Shown one piece after another: positions 61,017 through 63,262 of a DNA stretch of 63,262 nt (position 1 is the first letter of the stretch; each line of letters begins with the position of its first letter). This DNA is from Rubrivivax sp. Its GTDB lineage: Bacteria; Pseudomonadota; Gammaproteobacteria; Burkholderiales; Burkholderiaceae_C. The notes beneath the pieces are model-generated. The model was not told where the DNA came from, did not search any database, and saw only the letters and a list, made by a program, of their open reading frames with translations. Both the position numbers and the translations under genes were made by a program. The DNA is taken from assembly GCA_022842825.1 (NCBI GenBank), contig JALHOU010000004.1, positions 1 to 63,262 on the forward strand. The letters are read 5' to 3'.

Positions 61017-63262
61017 CGAGCACCTTCGGCCTGCGCAGCCCCTCGCCGGCGCCACCGAAACGTGGTTGCGACCGGAAGACCGTGTCTGCGCGGGTGGCCG
61101 TGCGGGTGAGGTCCACGTCGTGCAGCGGCCGCGGCGTGATGGCGCGCAGAACCGCAAGCACCGCCGCGCGCCGGGCTTCGATGGCCGGATCGCCCGCGAT
61201 CAAGCTGCCGAGCGATGCTTCCGGACGGCGGGGCGGTGTCGCCTGTTTCATGGCGCGCCAGGGCCGGCACGGCGGCGGCGTGACGGACTCGGGGCCCTCC
61301 GCAGGCACGACCACGGTGCCGCGCAGGGTGGGCGCCGTCTGCAGGCGCACGCCGGCCGCGGCGTGCGTGACGAGATCGCCCTCGCTCTTGTCGCCGGCGC
61401 AGGACCAGAGGGCTTTCGGAAACGCCTCGTACAACGCTTCGGCGTTGAAGTGGGGGGGCACGCCGGCCGCGCCCTCCAGCGTGATGTCCACATCGAGTTC
61501 GGATACCTTCAACGAAGTGTCGGGTGCGTCGACCATCGCCACGCCCAGAGGAGCGCTGGGTGCGTCCAGCGTCTTTGCCTCGAGGGTCTTCGCGCCGATG
61601 ACCTGGCCGTTGAACAACCATCGGATCGCGGTGCACGGCACCTGCGTGTGCACGTCGAGCGCAAGCTCGTGGGCATTGACGACCGGGATGGCCGCATCGC
61701 CCGCCCCGCGTTCCCGAAGCAGGCCCCGGCTGACGTTCGCGGTGCAGACCGCGTCGTCGGCGGGCAGGAAACTGCTGCGGAACTCCGCCCAGTCGATCTT
61801 CCGTTGCGGCGCGCGCTCGCCGCCAAAGTTGATCGTGAACGACACGATGTAGAAGTGCACGCGTGCCGTGCCGGCGAACGGCGGGCCCGCCACCGCCAGG
61901 TCGGCCCCGAGCTGGAACGTGAAGGTCTTCGAGATCTTCACGAACAGCAGGTTGATCCGGATGGTCGCGCTGGCGCCGATCAGCACGCCGAAGCGCGCCT
62001 CGTAGTGGTACGGCTTCCACGCGATCAGGAAATCGGCGTAGGCCGTGAACCACGCACGCACCCAGCCGCCGTCGTAGACCGCGCTCAGCCGGCCGCCGGC
62101 CATGATGCAGCGGGGCGTCAGCGCGAAATACAGTTCACCGGTGATGCGGACCTGCGGCGTGACCACCCAGTCGAGCGCGAGCCGCGGCACCAGCGGGTAG
62201 TGCGCCGGCCGCTTGAAGTTGGCCGCGTAGCCGCCGAGCGAGATGACGAAGTCGCCCTTGTTCGGCCCCTGGACGCCCTTGTTCGGCTCCTTGAACCAGG
62301 TGCAGAAGGCGAAACCGCCGGTCAGCTTGCAGGCGGCCGAGAAGACGTACGACGCAGGCCCCAGCTGAGCCTGCACCGAGAACTCGCCCACGGTGGGATT
62401 GAACTCCGCGCGCAACGCGAGATCGGCGCGGCACAGAGGCGTCTGCCCCGGCGCCAGCTTGGCCGGGATGGTGATGCGCGACACGCCGAGCACCGAGATC
62501 GAGAATTCGCTGCCGAACGACACGCTGAGCAGCGCGAACGAGTCGACCATCTCGAACGAGTTGAAGCGGACGCCGGCGGCGAGCCAGTATTGGCCAGGCG
62601 CGGGGGGCACGAAGGCATGCAGGCGTTCGAGTACCGCGCGCACCGTATCGCGGTCAGTGCGGGGCTTCGTCTCCTTGGCCCCCGGCGCAGACGTCTTGGC
62701 CGGGTCGAGCCAATTCGGGTCGCTCGCCGCCTTCACGAGCGGAAACTCCTCGACCTGGTCTACAGCCGGCAGCTTGAGCCGCCGGTTGTAGCCGAACCCG
62801 GCGGCGAGTCCGTACACGCGAAACGCCGGCGAGCCGCCGAGTTCCCGATGCAGCACGCCGTACACGAAGAGCGACGGTGCACCGGCGACCAAGGCGTAAG
62901 CGCCGAATGCGGTCACCGTGAAGTCGCCGGCCCGCAGCGTCAGCATGCCGTCGTATTGGGTGATCGCCGCGCCGGCCTCGGCGCCGGCGATCGTGGTCTC
63001 GAAGAGCGCTCCGCCGATCGTCACCGGTCCGCCGCGGAAGCGGACCTCGATGCCGCGCAGGACGAAGTGCGGATGCGCGTGCTTCGGATCGAACGGCGCG
63101 AACGAGACGCCGAGCCCCGACAGGCCGAGATGCAGGCCGCCGAGATCCACGGCCGCATCGAGCAGCAGGCCGATGCGGCCGGTGTCGTACCACTCGCAGC
63201 CCGCGCGGGCGAGATGAAGCGGACCGAGCGACTTGTTGATGTCGAACCATTTGCGCAGGCCG
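61009..63262 (-). CDS. DUF6603-like large beta-rich protein (partial, 5' end beyond the window)
   Basis: Frame is open to the window end (GLRKWFDINKSLGPLHLARAG...). Motifs GLAAGFGYN, YWLAAG, LTGGFA, GDFVISLGGY, YFALTP...MAGG, F.I.FG match DUF6603 as I recall it. Confidence 0.75.
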   Translation of the reverse strand, partial: GLRKWFDINKSLGPLHLARAGCEWYDTGRIGLLLDAAVDLGGLHLGLSGLGVSFAPFDPKHAHPHFVLRGIEVRFRGGPVTIGGALFETTIAGAEAGAAITQYDGMLTLRAGDFTVTAFGAYALVAGAPSLFVYGVLHRELGGSPAFRVYGLAAGFGYNRRLKLPAVDQVEEFPLVKAASDPNWLDPAKTSAPGAKETKPRTDRDTVRAVLERLHAFVPPAPGQYWLAAGVRFNSFEMVDSFALLSVSFGSEFSISVLGVSRITIPAKLAPGQTPLCRADLALRAEFNPTVGEFSVQAQLGPASYVFSAACKLTGGFAFCTWFKEPNKGVQGPNKGDFVISLGGYAANFKRPAHYPLVPRLALDWVVTPQVRITGELYFALTPRCIMAGGRLSAVYDGGWVRAWFTAYADFLIAWKPYHYEARFGVLIGASATIRINLLFVKISKTFTFQLGADLAVAGPPFAGTARVHFYIVSFTINFGGERAPQRKIDWAEFRSSFLPADDAVCTANVSRGLLRERGAGDAAIPVVNAHELALDVHTQVPCTAIRWLFNGQVIGAKTLEAKTLDAPSAPLGVAMVDAPDTSLKVSELDVDITLEGAAGVPPHFNAEALYEAFPKALWSCAGDKSEGDLVTHAAAGVRLQTAPTLRGTVVVPAEGPESVTPPPCRPWRAMKQATPPRRPEASLGSLIAGDPAIEARRAAVLAVLRAITPRPLHDVDLTRTATRADTVFRSQPRFGGAGEGLRRPKVLDA

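Noticed and set aside
53635-63262. Prophage, T6SS or eCIS assignment for the large-gene operon
   Set aside because: No recognisable sheath, tube, baseplate, VgrG, PAAR, terminase or Rhs/YD motifs in the visible part.

Overview
High-GC chromosomal segment that looks betaproteobacterial (Burkholderiales; Rubrivivax-like by gene order, an inference). About 1-50 kb is mostly core and metabolic genes: GntR/SdhR-like regulator and mdh, galU, citrate-lyase-like aldolase, sbcB, FabH-like KAS III, serC-serA, MTAP, parC and parE, dadA, dapA-bamC, roxA-like cupin, slyD, dut-coaBC and psuG. parC and parE are separated by about 14.7 kb containing a D-amino-acid/hydroxyproline catabolic cluster linked to an inositol-monophosphatase-family gene and an ABC transporter. 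Three copies of a roughly 115-117 nt long-hairpin element lie between convergent genes (8308, 25154, 25350). They share a conserved inner core but have covarying or entirely replaced outer arms, which suggests a structured RNA or ssDNA repeat family. From about 51.2 kb to the end there is an accessory region. On the + strand are a CheD/CNF1-like putative deamidase and a PLD-superfamily protein with two atypical HKD motifs. These converge on a tightly coupled minus-strand operon of four large uncharacterised proteins: a DUF6603-like protein (truncated by the window end), proteins of 669 aa and 1182 aa, and a secreted beta-propeller. This region is the best candidate for an undescribed system. 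No rRNA, tRNA, CRISPR array, transposase or integrase was recognised. All family assignments are from motif recognition by eye; no searches were run.
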